A DNA stretch of 64,000 bases from a virus. Position 1 is the stretch's first letter; every line of letters starts with the position of its first letter. The stretch lies in the IMG/VR virus record IMGVR_UViG_3300005537_000002, positions 1 through 64,000 of that record; one strand, given 5' to 3'. Under the pieces are notes generated by a model. That model was not told where the DNA came from and searched no databases. It saw only the letters and a program-made list of their open reading frames with translations. Below, one piece after another: positions 1 to 7,511 of this stretch. The position numbers were made by a program, and so were the translations under genes.

Positions 1-395
1 ATAAACTGACGAGAGCTTTAGATGGTATCAACGTAAAAGGGTTGCAGAGTAGCGTGCAAGAAGCTCAACAGACTCTAGCGAGTATACAGTTAGAGGTCGC
101 TGAACTTCAGACTCGCATGGATAGTATTAAGCACACGGGGCTAGGTCGGCCGACTAACTTCACGTCGCGTAATACACATCCAGAATCCGTACAAGTGACA
201 GAAACATCAACGACTAGCACAGCTAGGGTGGTACATATTCCTGGAGTTGGTCAGTGCAAACACTGGTTAGCTGGGGATGTCACACCACGACCTGTGCTAA
301 CGTCTGATCAGATGTCACTTATGCATCCCTACCAGATACTAGCGTATCGCGAAGGTGGAGAAGCTTTCGTGCCTATCATCGAAAGTGAAGTGTAA
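1..395 (+). CDS. 5'-truncated ORF; probable C-terminus of a capsid scaffolding/prohead-protease protein
   Basis: The frame of ORF 42..395 stays open to the window edge (aaa ctg acg aga... from nt 3). Coiled-coil segment (SSVQEAQQTLASIQLEVAELQTRM), located just upstream of the capsid gene. Confidence 0.45.
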   Translation, partial: KLTRALDGINVKGLQSSVQEAQQTLASIQLEVAELQTRMDSIKHTGLGRPTNFTSRNTHPESVQVTETSTTSTARVVHIPGVGQCKHWLAGDVTPRPVLTSDQMSLMHPYQILAYREGGEAFVPIIESEV

Positions 396-397
396 GT

Positions 398-742
398 GTG
401 AGGACGTTCAAATTGGTTCGTCACGAAGACGTGACTGGAATTTCCGGGACGGGTGTTATCGCTGAAGGCACTCAGTACGAGAGTGGGAAGTGCACACTTG
501 CTTGGTTGACTGAGTATAAATCCATTGGGGTGTACGACTCAATGGAGGAGCTGAAAGCGATACACTGTCACGGAGGTAAGACAGACGTGGTATTCGAACC
601 CGTTGTGAGTTGGCATATGGAGACGTCACCGAATCTAACCTTGACTTCCGTCAATGGTATACCCTACAACTATTGGTCATCTACTACGAGTGCTTCTAAC
701 GTGTTGCATAACGTAGTAGACAGCGATACAAACAAGAAGTAG
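398..742 (+). CDS. Conserved phage hypothetical protein
   Basis: N-terminus RTFKLVRHEDVTGISGTGVIAEG resembles a small protein family I recall from actinophages. Abuts the upstream stop. Confidence 0.6.
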   Translation: MRTFKLVRHEDVTGISGTGVIAEGTQYESGKCTLAWLTEYKSIGVYDSMEELKAIHCHGGKTDVVFEPVVSWHMETSPNLTLTSVNGIPYNYWSSTTSASNVLHNVVDSDTNKK

Positions 743-846
743 TGCGCAGCACGCTTAGTGCGAGTCTGCGGCAGCTAACTGCTCAGACGGATACAATATA
801 GCGAGCCACGGCACGAGCATCAAACACATGAAAGGATGCCCGAACA

Positions 847-3657
847 GTGGCAGATACATTTACAGAATTTCAGCATCCGAACGATGCGACTTACCAGATC
901 AAACGTGACAAGATGGTAGGAGAGCTGCTAAAGATGAATCCAGTCCAGCTGGATCGTCAACTGCAGTACATGATGCGTCAGGCACCTCCTAAAGACGACA
1001 GTGGCATGACAAAGGAACTGCTACGCGAAATGCGTAACGCCCCCTTCGCACCAGACGCTGTCAAAGGTATCCTAGACTCAACGTCAGGAACTACAGGCAA
1101 CGTATTAATCCGGCAAGACCTGGAACCTACCCTCTATGCGCTGTTTGTGAAGGTGTTCCCTGCATTTGAGCGGCTCGCTAAGGGACCAGCTAATGGTCTC
1201 GTCCATGCGGCTGGAGCGTAAGCTGTTGGCCCTGCGAAGTAGGATACTGCTTCGTAAGCAAAGAGCGCTGTATCGGTGAAAGCGCAGCAGTGCGTAACGC
1301 CGAGGCAACCTGACCTTTGTCAGAGAGTCCGTAACGAACATACGCGCTCCCCGAAAGGGATGACATGTTCTGAACCCTAGCTATAACTAGTTCGAATGAA
1401 ACTAGGGAGACAAGCAGAAATGACTTGTCCGACGCTTCGGCGTAGGTAACAGACTGAATCAAATTACAACTCCCGACAGTAACTCTCTCGGTTCGACCAT
1501 CATTACTGAGCTTGGTACCGTCAGCTATACCGCCTCGACCTACGTAAGGGCTACGTTCCCGATCGCCGTCTTTGGCGTTGGTAGAGGCGTGAGTTTCAAG
1601 GAGATGGCCGCTGTAGCCCAGGGTGGAGCTCCGTTAGCAGCATAGCGGCTTCAGCAAGTGATTGCTGTCGAATAACTCTCTCTGATATCGGTGGAGGCCT
1701 TCACTTCTCTAGTCTTTAGAAGAAAGGTAATACCGAGGGAAGTCGGCTATGTAGTCGACGCCCGTAACGACTAAGCGAGAGAGCTCTAATGCATATGGTG
1801 TTCACTTGTTTTTATACCTCTTTATATACTATAATTAAAATAGTAGTTAATATAAAGGGGATAAGAACTGTGAGTAATGAGAGACCGTCAAAGGAACAGT
1901 TATATCAGATGTACGTCGTTGAAGGTTTGACACCGATACAAATAGCAAGAAAGTTTGGCTATACAGCATCGGAATCTATACGCTACTGGCTTAATAAGTA
2001 TAGTATCCCCAAACGTACTGTAACGCCGAATAACGCTGTGAGGTCGGTAGCAACTCGAGAGCAACTGTACCAGTGGCACGTAGTTGAAGGGCTTACCGCT
2101 GTAAAGATAGCGTCTGCGCTTGGGTGCAACCAAACAACGATTTCGGGTCTGATAAAAGAGTACGGACTAGATCCCGGACGAGCGCTTGTTAATCGTCCGA
2201 TAGAGTGTCCCGTAACTCGAGATGAGTTGTGGTATATGTATATAGTCGAAGGTATGGGCTTTACTTCTATAGGACAACTACTAGGAGTAGGAGATCAGGC
2301 AGTGGAGCGTTGGGTTAGAGCATTCGGTTTTGAGGTCCACTCTAACGGCAGATACACTCCACAAGTAAAGCGTACTCTAGAGGACTCAACTTATACGACG
2401 TACGGTTTTGACGATACTACGAAACTAGTTATACTATCTCGAGACAGTTGGGTGTGTCAGATGCCTAACTGTGACTGTTCCGAGAAATGGAAGCTTCAAG
2501 TACACCATATCCTACCACTGTACCGAGGAGGTACAAACGACTCTGAGAACGGTATTACTCTCTGCGAAGATTGCCATCGAGCCATTCGCGGAGTGGAAGA
2601 TGAGTGGGTCGAGTACTTTCTGAGTGTAGTGCAAGAGTATTAGATGATGCTATAGTCTGACCTTTACAGAAATGTAAAGAAGTAGGCAGAAATGACCTAC
2701 TCCGACCGAAAGGTCGAGTAACACACGTGATGACCCTCAGAAGACCGAATTAGCTAACGGAATGGTCAAACTGGCTACGGACCTGCAGTACACCATAATG
2801 CAGGGGAATGCGACTAATTCTTCCGGGACTGCGACTCAAGAAGCGGGTCTGTACAATGCGAACGCCTTCGATGGCTTCCGAGGTGTGCTAGGAAGTGTCG
2901 GTTCGTTCTCTGCAAACTCTGCGACACAGGCAGATATTAGCTCGCTGAACATACTCGAGAGTCTCCAGTTCGTTGCAGCGAAGCTAGCTAATGCCGGTGG
3001 TATGCCGAGTGCTGTCTACATGTCGATGAACTCCAAACAAGCTCTCGATACTGAGCAGCAGACCAACCAACGTTATAACAACGACTTCAACGAAATTATA
3101 CCCGGAGTCAAGGTTAACAGCGTACAGTGGGCGAACGGTCAATTAGCCATCATTCCTGTGCCTGGCAACATGATAGGGACGTACAACCGTACGAGCGACA
3201 ACGCTCTAGTCGAGGACATGTACATCTTGGACGAGAGTACCGCAACTTTACGCTGGCTATTCTCTCCAAACTTTACGGTCCTCCAAATTCCGTCGGGAGT
3301 AGACGGAATCCTCAGCGAACGCTACATCGTCTTTGCGATGGACATACACGTCGCCTTCCAGCGTAAGCTGGTCGACTAAACTTCTCTGACATCGGGGAAA
3401 CTCCCAACTGAGATAAGTGGACAATCCCGAGGCAAGCAAGTAGCAAACTACTGTGCAGCCGTAGAGACTGAGTGAGAAGCTCCGAGAGTTCGAACTCTCG
3501 GATGAAGCGACAGTCCGGACTCGCTAGGAATAGCGAGAAGGTAGCAGAAATGACTACCTCACGTAGGTAATGAGTTACCTACGGGGTAACATACCGGTGG
3601 GGCTTAGAATTAGCCGGGCCTATCTTCTGTGGCAAGGTCCGAAGATTGGCTAGCTAG
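847..3657 (+). CDS. Major capsid protein, spliced: join(847..1212,1457..1634,2730..3339,3597..3657), 404 aa
   Basis: Exon lengths 366+178+610+61=1215 nt give 405 codons with no internal stop. Junctions read GLVHAA|NQIT, GGAP-Y-DPQKTEL and YIVFAM-WGLELAGP. RBS (GAAAGGA) precedes the start; the gene lies between the putative scaffold and head-completion genes; HK97-like capsid size; strong terminator follows. Confidence 0.85.
1213..1456 (+). ncRNA. Group I intron 1 (ORF-less, 244 nt) in the capsid gene
   Basis: P7 GAACA(1336-40):TGTTC(1366-70); shared GCAGAAATGAC hairpin; ends TAAC-AGACTG. The exon ends in U, and GGCT pairs with GGCC(1228-31) via a U.G pair. Its 5' splice site is the least certain of the four. 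Confidence 0.8.
1806..1835 (+). promoter_or_regulatory. Sigma70-type promoter inside intron 2 driving the homing endonuclease
   Basis: TTGTTT-N18-TATAAT, same consensus as the other promoters in the window. Confidence 0.7.
1870..2643 (+). CDS. Intron-encoded HNH homing endonuclease with three N-terminal HTH-like repeats
   Basis: C-terminal CQMPNC...LQVHHI...GGTN...NGITLCEDCH HNH motif; three repeats of the form (K/R)(E/D)xL(Y/W)xxxxVEG. GTG at 1870 follows AAGGGG (ORF track start 1789). Confidence 0.9.
   Translation: MSNERPSKEQLYQMYVVEGLTPIQIARKFGYTASESIRYWLNKYSIPKRTVTPNNAVRSVATREQLYQWHVVEGLTAVKIASALGCNQTTISGLIKEYGLDPGRALVNRPIECPVTRDELWYMYIVEGMGFTSIGQLLGVGDQAVERWVRAFGFEVHSNGRYTPQVKRTLEDSTYTTYGFDDTTKLVILSRDSWVCQMPNCDCSEKWKLQVHHILPLYRGGTNDSENGITLCEDCHRAIRGVEDEWVEYFLSVVQEY
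3340..3596 (+). ncRNA. Group I intron 3 (ORF-less, 257 nt) in the capsid gene
   Basis: P1: exon GCGAT with GTCGC(3350-54), U.G at the splice site. P10: GTG with CAC(3347-49). P7 GACTG(3466-70):CAGTC(3511-15). Ends TAAC-ATACCG. Splicing restores ATG-TGG-GGC. Confidence 0.9.
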
Positions 3658-3708
3658 TCGAGGTAAAGGTTCGTGATGTGTGAGAGCTCGCGAATTCAAC
3701 CATGAGTT

Positions 3709-3748
3709 ATACAAGGGGAGCATTCCGGAATGCTCCCCTTGTATTTTT
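3709..3748 (+). terminator. Intrinsic terminator after the capsid gene
   Basis: Perfect 36-bp palindrome ATACAAGGGGAGCATTCC|GGAATGCTCCCCTTGTAT followed by a T run. Confidence 0.8.
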
Positions 3749-3763
3749 GGGCTTTTGAACCTC

Positions 3764-3793
3764 TTGTAAACAGCCAATCGTTTATATTATAAT
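3764..3793 (+). promoter_or_regulatory. Sigma70-type promoter
   Basis: CTC-TTGTAA-N18-TATAAT followed by an AT-rich tract. Confidence 0.75.
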
Positions 3794-3834
3794 ATATTTA
3801 TATAAAGTTGTAATATAAACGAAAGGTTACCTGC

Positions 3835-4587
3835 ATGTTTAACCCAAAGATCGCTGAGGAAGAGATCGTACAGCGTACTATCGAGTTCATTCATGAGTTC
3901 CACGACGCTCACTTACAAGACTACGCGGAATGTTACCGACTTGACACGAGCACCGAACTTGCTCGTTGGTGGTTCGAGAAGCATCTCTTTACTGTTATGG
4001 ACGGGTTTAACTACCACGACCGTTGGATTAATATGGTCGCGTCTGCTTCAACGCCCGATTATGATACAGAGTCTTGGGAGAGAGACTTAAGAGCGAATTG
4101 GCATACACCGTCAAATCAGCCTCTTATGGAAACGAAGTTTGAGCTGGGTTTGTGCGAGCTGAATGATAGATGTCACGTACTAGACAACCGTAAGTGGGCT
4201 AGTGCTACTGAAGCTCAAATCGCGGAGGCGAACGAGTTGGTGGACGTCCACCAACTATCCTATAGTGGGGATATAGCTTTTGAGTTGGAAGTGGAGTTCA
4301 TTAAAGCGTTCGAAGCTCTCGTTCGGCAATTTATTACGAACTATAAAGTTGGTTTTGACAGTCTGACGGCTGAAGAGCGACTTGCCTTACACGAAACTTA
4401 CGAGTATGGTACGTTCGAGGAGTTTACCTGTGGGTTCTGGATTGAGAGCATTGTCAGTAAGCGTCACTATCGGTTTTTGCAAGCGATGCATCAAGGGATA
4501 CAGCGTGCGTACCCAGTCGAGATTGGAGACCGTTGGTTGTACTGGGACGAGAAAGACATCGACCGTGGCGGATGCGGATTCGCCTAG
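3835..4587 (+). CDS. Hypothetical protein
   Basis: 250-aa ORF with RBS (GAAAGG) and its own promoter; no family recognised. Confidence 0.65.
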   Translation: MFNPKIAEEEIVQRTIEFIHEFHDAHLQDYAECYRLDTSTELARWWFEKHLFTVMDGFNYHDRWINMVASASTPDYDTESWERDLRANWHTPSNQPLMETKFELGLCELNDRCHVLDNRKWASATEAQIAEANELVDVHQLSYSGDIAFELEVEFIKAFEALVRQFITNYKVGFDSLTAEERLALHETYEYGTFEEFTCGFWIESIVSKRHYRFLQAMHQGIQRAYPVEIGDRWLYWDEKDIDRGGCGFA

Positions 4588-4605
4588 ACTCTAAAGGGTA
4601 CTAGT

Positions 4606-4665
4606 ACAAGTAGGTCATATACGTATATGACCTACTTGTTTATGCCTCACTTTTTATATTATAAT
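4606..4665 (+). promoter_or_regulatory. 34-bp perfect palindrome overlapping the -35 of a sigma70-type promoter
   Basis: ACAAGTAGGTCATATAC|GTATATGACCTACTTGT (4606-4639); TTGTTT(4636-41)-N18-TATAAT(4660-65). Confidence 0.7.
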
Positions 4666-4682
4666 ATATTATATAAAGTATA

Positions 4683-5540
4683 TTGCGATACGAAAGCGAG
4701 TGTACTATGTTTCTTGACCCCGTAGAGTACGACGAGTGCGGAAGACCGACGTACGAGTGGCTATACGATGCCTATGTCGTGAAGAGGGTTCGTATAGCTG
4801 TCTTATATGAGATACTTGAGTTATCCTCACCATATATGTACGCTTTGATACGAGCGTACAACCTACCGATGCGTATACCTCGTCGAGTTAAGGCACGTCA
4901 ACCGAGTAAAGAAGACGTCGAATATGTGTACACTGACCTAAGTATCCCCTTAGGAGATGCTCTAGCATTACTAGACCTACATTCTCACGTGGAACTGTCC
5001 GCTTGGTGTTATGCGTACGGTATCCCCTACAGATACCGCCACTTACTGACTGATACTGACATAGAAGACATCGTCAACCTCATAGACGATGGAGAGACTA
5101 TGACTGCTATTAGTGCTAGTTACCACACGTCTCCCTCTACGATAAGGGCCGCTCTAGCTACCGTCGGGTATGCTCCTCCTAGTAGACGTTGGTTACGCAA
5201 ACGTCCTACGGCAGAGGCCGAGTTGAGGAACGCAGCCTCTCGACCGGGTGCAACCGTTAGCAGTATCCGCGATGAAGTCGGAGGGTCGATAATAACTGTG
5301 GAGAAGATGCTACAAGAGTTCGGCATACCCTACGCAAAGTGTTATAGAGGTGTGAAAACCGGATGGTTACGCAAAGTAACCACTCCGAGCGAACTACAGG
5401 CAATGCTAGACAGCAAACGTTCACTTACTGACATTGCATCCGCTTATGGTAAGAGTATTTCTACCATAAGTAAGACAGTTAGGCGTTGGGGACTATCAAT
5501 CCCCAAAGATGAGGATATAGTCGATGAGGACTGTGGGTAA
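4683..5540 (+). CDS. Multi-HTH repeat DNA-binding protein (no nuclease domain)
   Basis: Several HTH-like units (PTYEWLYDAYVVKRV; GETMTAISASYHTSPSTIRAAL; KRSLTDIASAYGKSISTISKTV). Likely start ATG 4707. Confidence 0.6.
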   Translation: MRYESECTMFLDPVEYDECGRPTYEWLYDAYVVKRVRIAVLYEILELSSPYMYALIRAYNLPMRIPRRVKARQPSKEDVEYVYTDLSIPLGDALALLDLHSHVELSAWCYAYGIPYRYRHLLTDTDIEDIVNLIDDGETMTAISASYHTSPSTIRAALATVGYAPPSRRWLRKRPTAEAELRNAASRPGATVSSIRDEVGGSIITVEKMLQEFGIPYAKCYRGVKTGWLRKVTTPSELQAMLDSKRSLTDIASAYGKSISTISKTVRRWGLSIPKDEDIVDEDCG

Positions 5541-5547
5541 CCTCCTA

Positions 5548-5606
5548 TTGATTTACGTTACATAATACCTTATAATACTTAGGACAGTGAAGTCTCACTG
5601 TCCTAA
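5548..5606 (+). promoter_or_regulatory. Promoter plus 12-bp leader hairpin of the DUF7873-like/ncRNA unit
   Basis: TTGATT-N17-TATAAT (5548-5576); hairpin TTAGGACAGTGA-AGTC-TCACTGTCCTAA (5579-5606). Confidence 0.7.
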
Positions 5607-5626
5607 AAATATCGTAGGTGGTCAGC

Positions 5627-6355
5627 ATGAGATTGAATCAGGTAATCGCCGTAGAGAAAGGCGTAAAGTCGAGCGCTCTGCAGGAGGTTACAGCCGCATA
5701 CCATATCTTACAGAAACCCCCTCTGTTTACTGGAATCAGCCGTACGTACCGACCTAAAGATGAAGAGGGGGAGACTCTTCCTCCAGAGCACACTAAGGTG
5801 CAGATGAACGTAGATGACATCATTCGGTCTACGTCAGGGACGCTCGTGAAGTTGTTTGACGTTGTAGCGTCAAAGGATTGGGCTAACTGTAGGGCAAGAG
5901 CTGATGTCGTCGTAGACGGTAAGGTACTACTTACTGGAGTACCTGCAACGTACCTGTTGTTTCTCGAGAAACAACTCATCGATCTGCACACGCTTATAGG
6001 CAAGCTACCTGTGCTAGATCCAGCGGAGACTTGGCTCTGGGATGCGACAGTTGACTGTTGGGCGACGGAGCCAGCACAGACTGTACGGACTAAGAAGGTT
6101 CCACGCAACCATGTGAAGGCCGAGGCTACAGAGAAGCACCCAGCACAGGTGGAAGTGTACTACGAGGACGTCTCTGTAGGTACTTGGCGTACAGTAAGGT
6201 TCTCTGGTATGGTGCCGGCTTCTAGAGTAAGGGAACTGTCTGCTAGGGTAGTGAAGTTGCAAGAAGCCGTAAAGGTTGCTCGAGAAGAGGCTAACAACCT
6301 CGAGATCGAGGAACACAAAGTCGGCGACGCTGTTTTGCGATATGTATTCGGATAG
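5627..6355 (+). CDS. Conserved coiled-coil protein (DUF7873-like)
   Basis: MRLNQVIAVEKGVKS...GISRTYRPKDEEGETLPPE...VPATYLLFLEKQL...KVPRNHVKAEATEKHPAQVEVYYED matches, from memory, a well-conserved bacterial/phage family of unknown function. RBS AGGTGG. Confidence 0.7.
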   Translation: MRLNQVIAVEKGVKSSALQEVTAAYHILQKPPLFTGISRTYRPKDEEGETLPPEHTKVQMNVDDIIRSTSGTLVKLFDVVASKDWANCRARADVVVDGKVLLTGVPATYLLFLEKQLIDLHTLIGKLPVLDPAETWLWDATVDCWATEPAQTVRTKKVPRNHVKAEATEKHPAQVEVYYEDVSVGTWRTVRFSGMVPASRVRELSARVVKLQEAVKVAREEANNLEIEEHKVGDAVLRYVFG

Positions 6356-6704
6356 TATCCGGTATATATAATTTGGGGTTCTACACTCAAACTTATACTC
6401 ATGTATAATGAAGAGGTATCAAGTGTGGGTTCAAGTCCCACTCGCGTTTCGTGACGCGATAGCCCAACTTGGTAGAGGCAGTACCTCGACTGGTAAGGCT
6501 TAGGTTATTACCCCTAACTTAAGCATTTTCGTCGAACGCCAAATCGAATGCTAGGAGACTAAACTCACGTATGCAGGTGCAGCTCCTGCTCCGCCGTCCA
6601 ATTCATCGGCGGATAGTTTAAGAGTAGAACGCGCGAGTGTAACGACTGAACTCCCAGCTTAAACGCCGTTGGTGTGCGCAAATGGACGATCAGAACGGGA
6701 CTAG
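6353..6704 (+). ncRNA. Structured ncRNA with two circularly permuted tRNA-like modules (YrlA/Y-RNA-type fold)
   Basis: Module 1 (6413-6487): T-arm GTGGG-TTCAAGT-CCCAC, 7-bp closed acceptor stem TCGCGTT/GACGCGA, TA, D-arm GCC-CAACTTGGTAGA-GGC, closing stem GAGGTAT/GTACCTC. Module 2 (6563-6638): GCAGG-TGCAGCT-CCTGC, TCCGCCG/CGGCGGA, TA, GTTT-AAGAGTA-GAAC, closing stem ACTCACG/CGCGAGT. Confidence 0.8.
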
Positions 6705-6716
6705 GAACTTAGGGTA

Positions 6717-7508
6717 TTGTTCCTAGTCCCACTTTTTATGTATGGGCAACGAACTATGAACACGATTGACGATTTCAACCAACAACCAACCAAGCCTAGT
6801 AAAGCAGTGCGAAAGCGTAATAGGCAGCGTACGCTACGAGACGCTATTGGAGCTGCAGTATCCATATGTATCATTGCTATTAGCATCGGCTTCATGATAG
6901 CGAAGCTTACACCGACTACTTCAGCCGCAACTTCTAGCTCTACCCCTACGGTTGCAGTAGTACATACAGCTCTACCTAACGAACAAGGCAAAACTGCTAG
7001 GGACAAACCAAACACAGTCCCCGGTACAACCCCCACAGCAACTCCGATACCTGTGGTCGCTATCGTAACATCCACACCTGTACCAGTCGCTGCACAGCCG
7101 ATCGTTCCTACCGCAGCTCCCACGCAACGCTCTGTAGTGTACCCAACTCCTACACCACAGCCTATCCCAGTAGTACTACCTACAGCTACACCCACTACTC
7201 CGAAGCCAACACCAGTACCAGTCACGTCTACACCCACGTCTGTAGTAGTCCCTACAGCTACACCTGGCATCACTCCTACAGCTACACCCATGCCTATAGT
7301 ACCCACTGCTACACCTGTACCTACACCTGTACCTACACCTGTACCTACACCTGTACCTACACCTGTACCTACAGTAGTGGTGATACCCACACCTACACCA
7401 GCAGGGGTAAGGATAGGTGCTATATGTAGGGATGGTACTAGGTCCACTGCTACTGGGTCTGGTGCATGTTCACACCATGGTGGTGTACAGAGTTGGATCT
7501 ATGGGTAG
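6717..7508 (+). CDS. Membrane-anchored Pro/Thr-rich protein with C-terminal DUF3761-like domain
   Basis: Basic N-terminus, one TM (IGAAVSICIIAISIGFMIA), long PT-rich linker, C-terminal GAICRDGTRSTATGSGACSHHGGV. Confidence 0.7.
   Translation: MFLVPLFMYGQRTMNTIDDFNQQPTKPSKAVRKRNRQRTLRDAIGAAVSICIIAISIGFMIAKLTPTTSAATSSSTPTVAVVHTALPNEQGKTARDKPNTVPGTTPTATPIPVVAIVTSTPVPVAAQPIVPTAAPTQRSVVYPTPTPQPIPVVLPTATPTTPKPTPVPVTSTPTSVVVPTATPGITPTATPMPIVPTATPVPTPVPTPVPTPVPTPVPTVVVIPTPTPAGVRIGAICRDGTRSTATGSGACSHHGGVQSWIYG
7311..7370 (+). repeat. Coding tandem repeat, 5 x ACACCTGTACCT (TPVP)
   Basis: Read directly from the sequence. Confidence 0.9.
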
Positions 7509-7511
7509 TGT

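Larger units (their letters stand above)
1635..2729 (+). mobile_element. Group I intron 2 (1095 nt) with HNH homing endonuclease in the P8 loop
   Basis: P1: exon CCGT with GCGG(1645-48), U.G at the splice site. P10: 3' exon ATG with CAT(1641-43). P7 GACTA(1769-73):TAGTC(2653-57) brackets the ORF. Ends TAAC-ACACGTG. Splicing restores the TAT (Tyr) codon. Confidence 0.9.

Noticed and set aside
745-846. Structured leader or riboswitch upstream of the capsid gene
   Set aside because: Only short 4-5-bp hairpins, with no recognisable aptamer; not distinguishable from chance.
847-3379. Stop-codon recoding or pseudogenisation as the cause of the fragmented capsid ORFs
   Set aside because: Fragments lie in different frames and are joined exactly by group I intron boundaries; all other genes are intact in the standard code.
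6413-6638. Canonical tRNA genes
   Set aside because: The T-arm precedes the D-arm, the acceptor stem is closed by a loop, and there is no anticodon loop. These are permuted mimics, not tRNAs.
7311-7370. CRISPR-like or regulatory repeat array
   Set aside because: Spacer-less 12-bp coding repeat (TPVP). No repeat-spacer array was seen anywhere in the window.
6701-7447. Minus-strand 248-aa Gly/Val-rich ORF
   Set aside because: Antisense shadow of the Pro/Thr repeat gene; no RBS or promoter.
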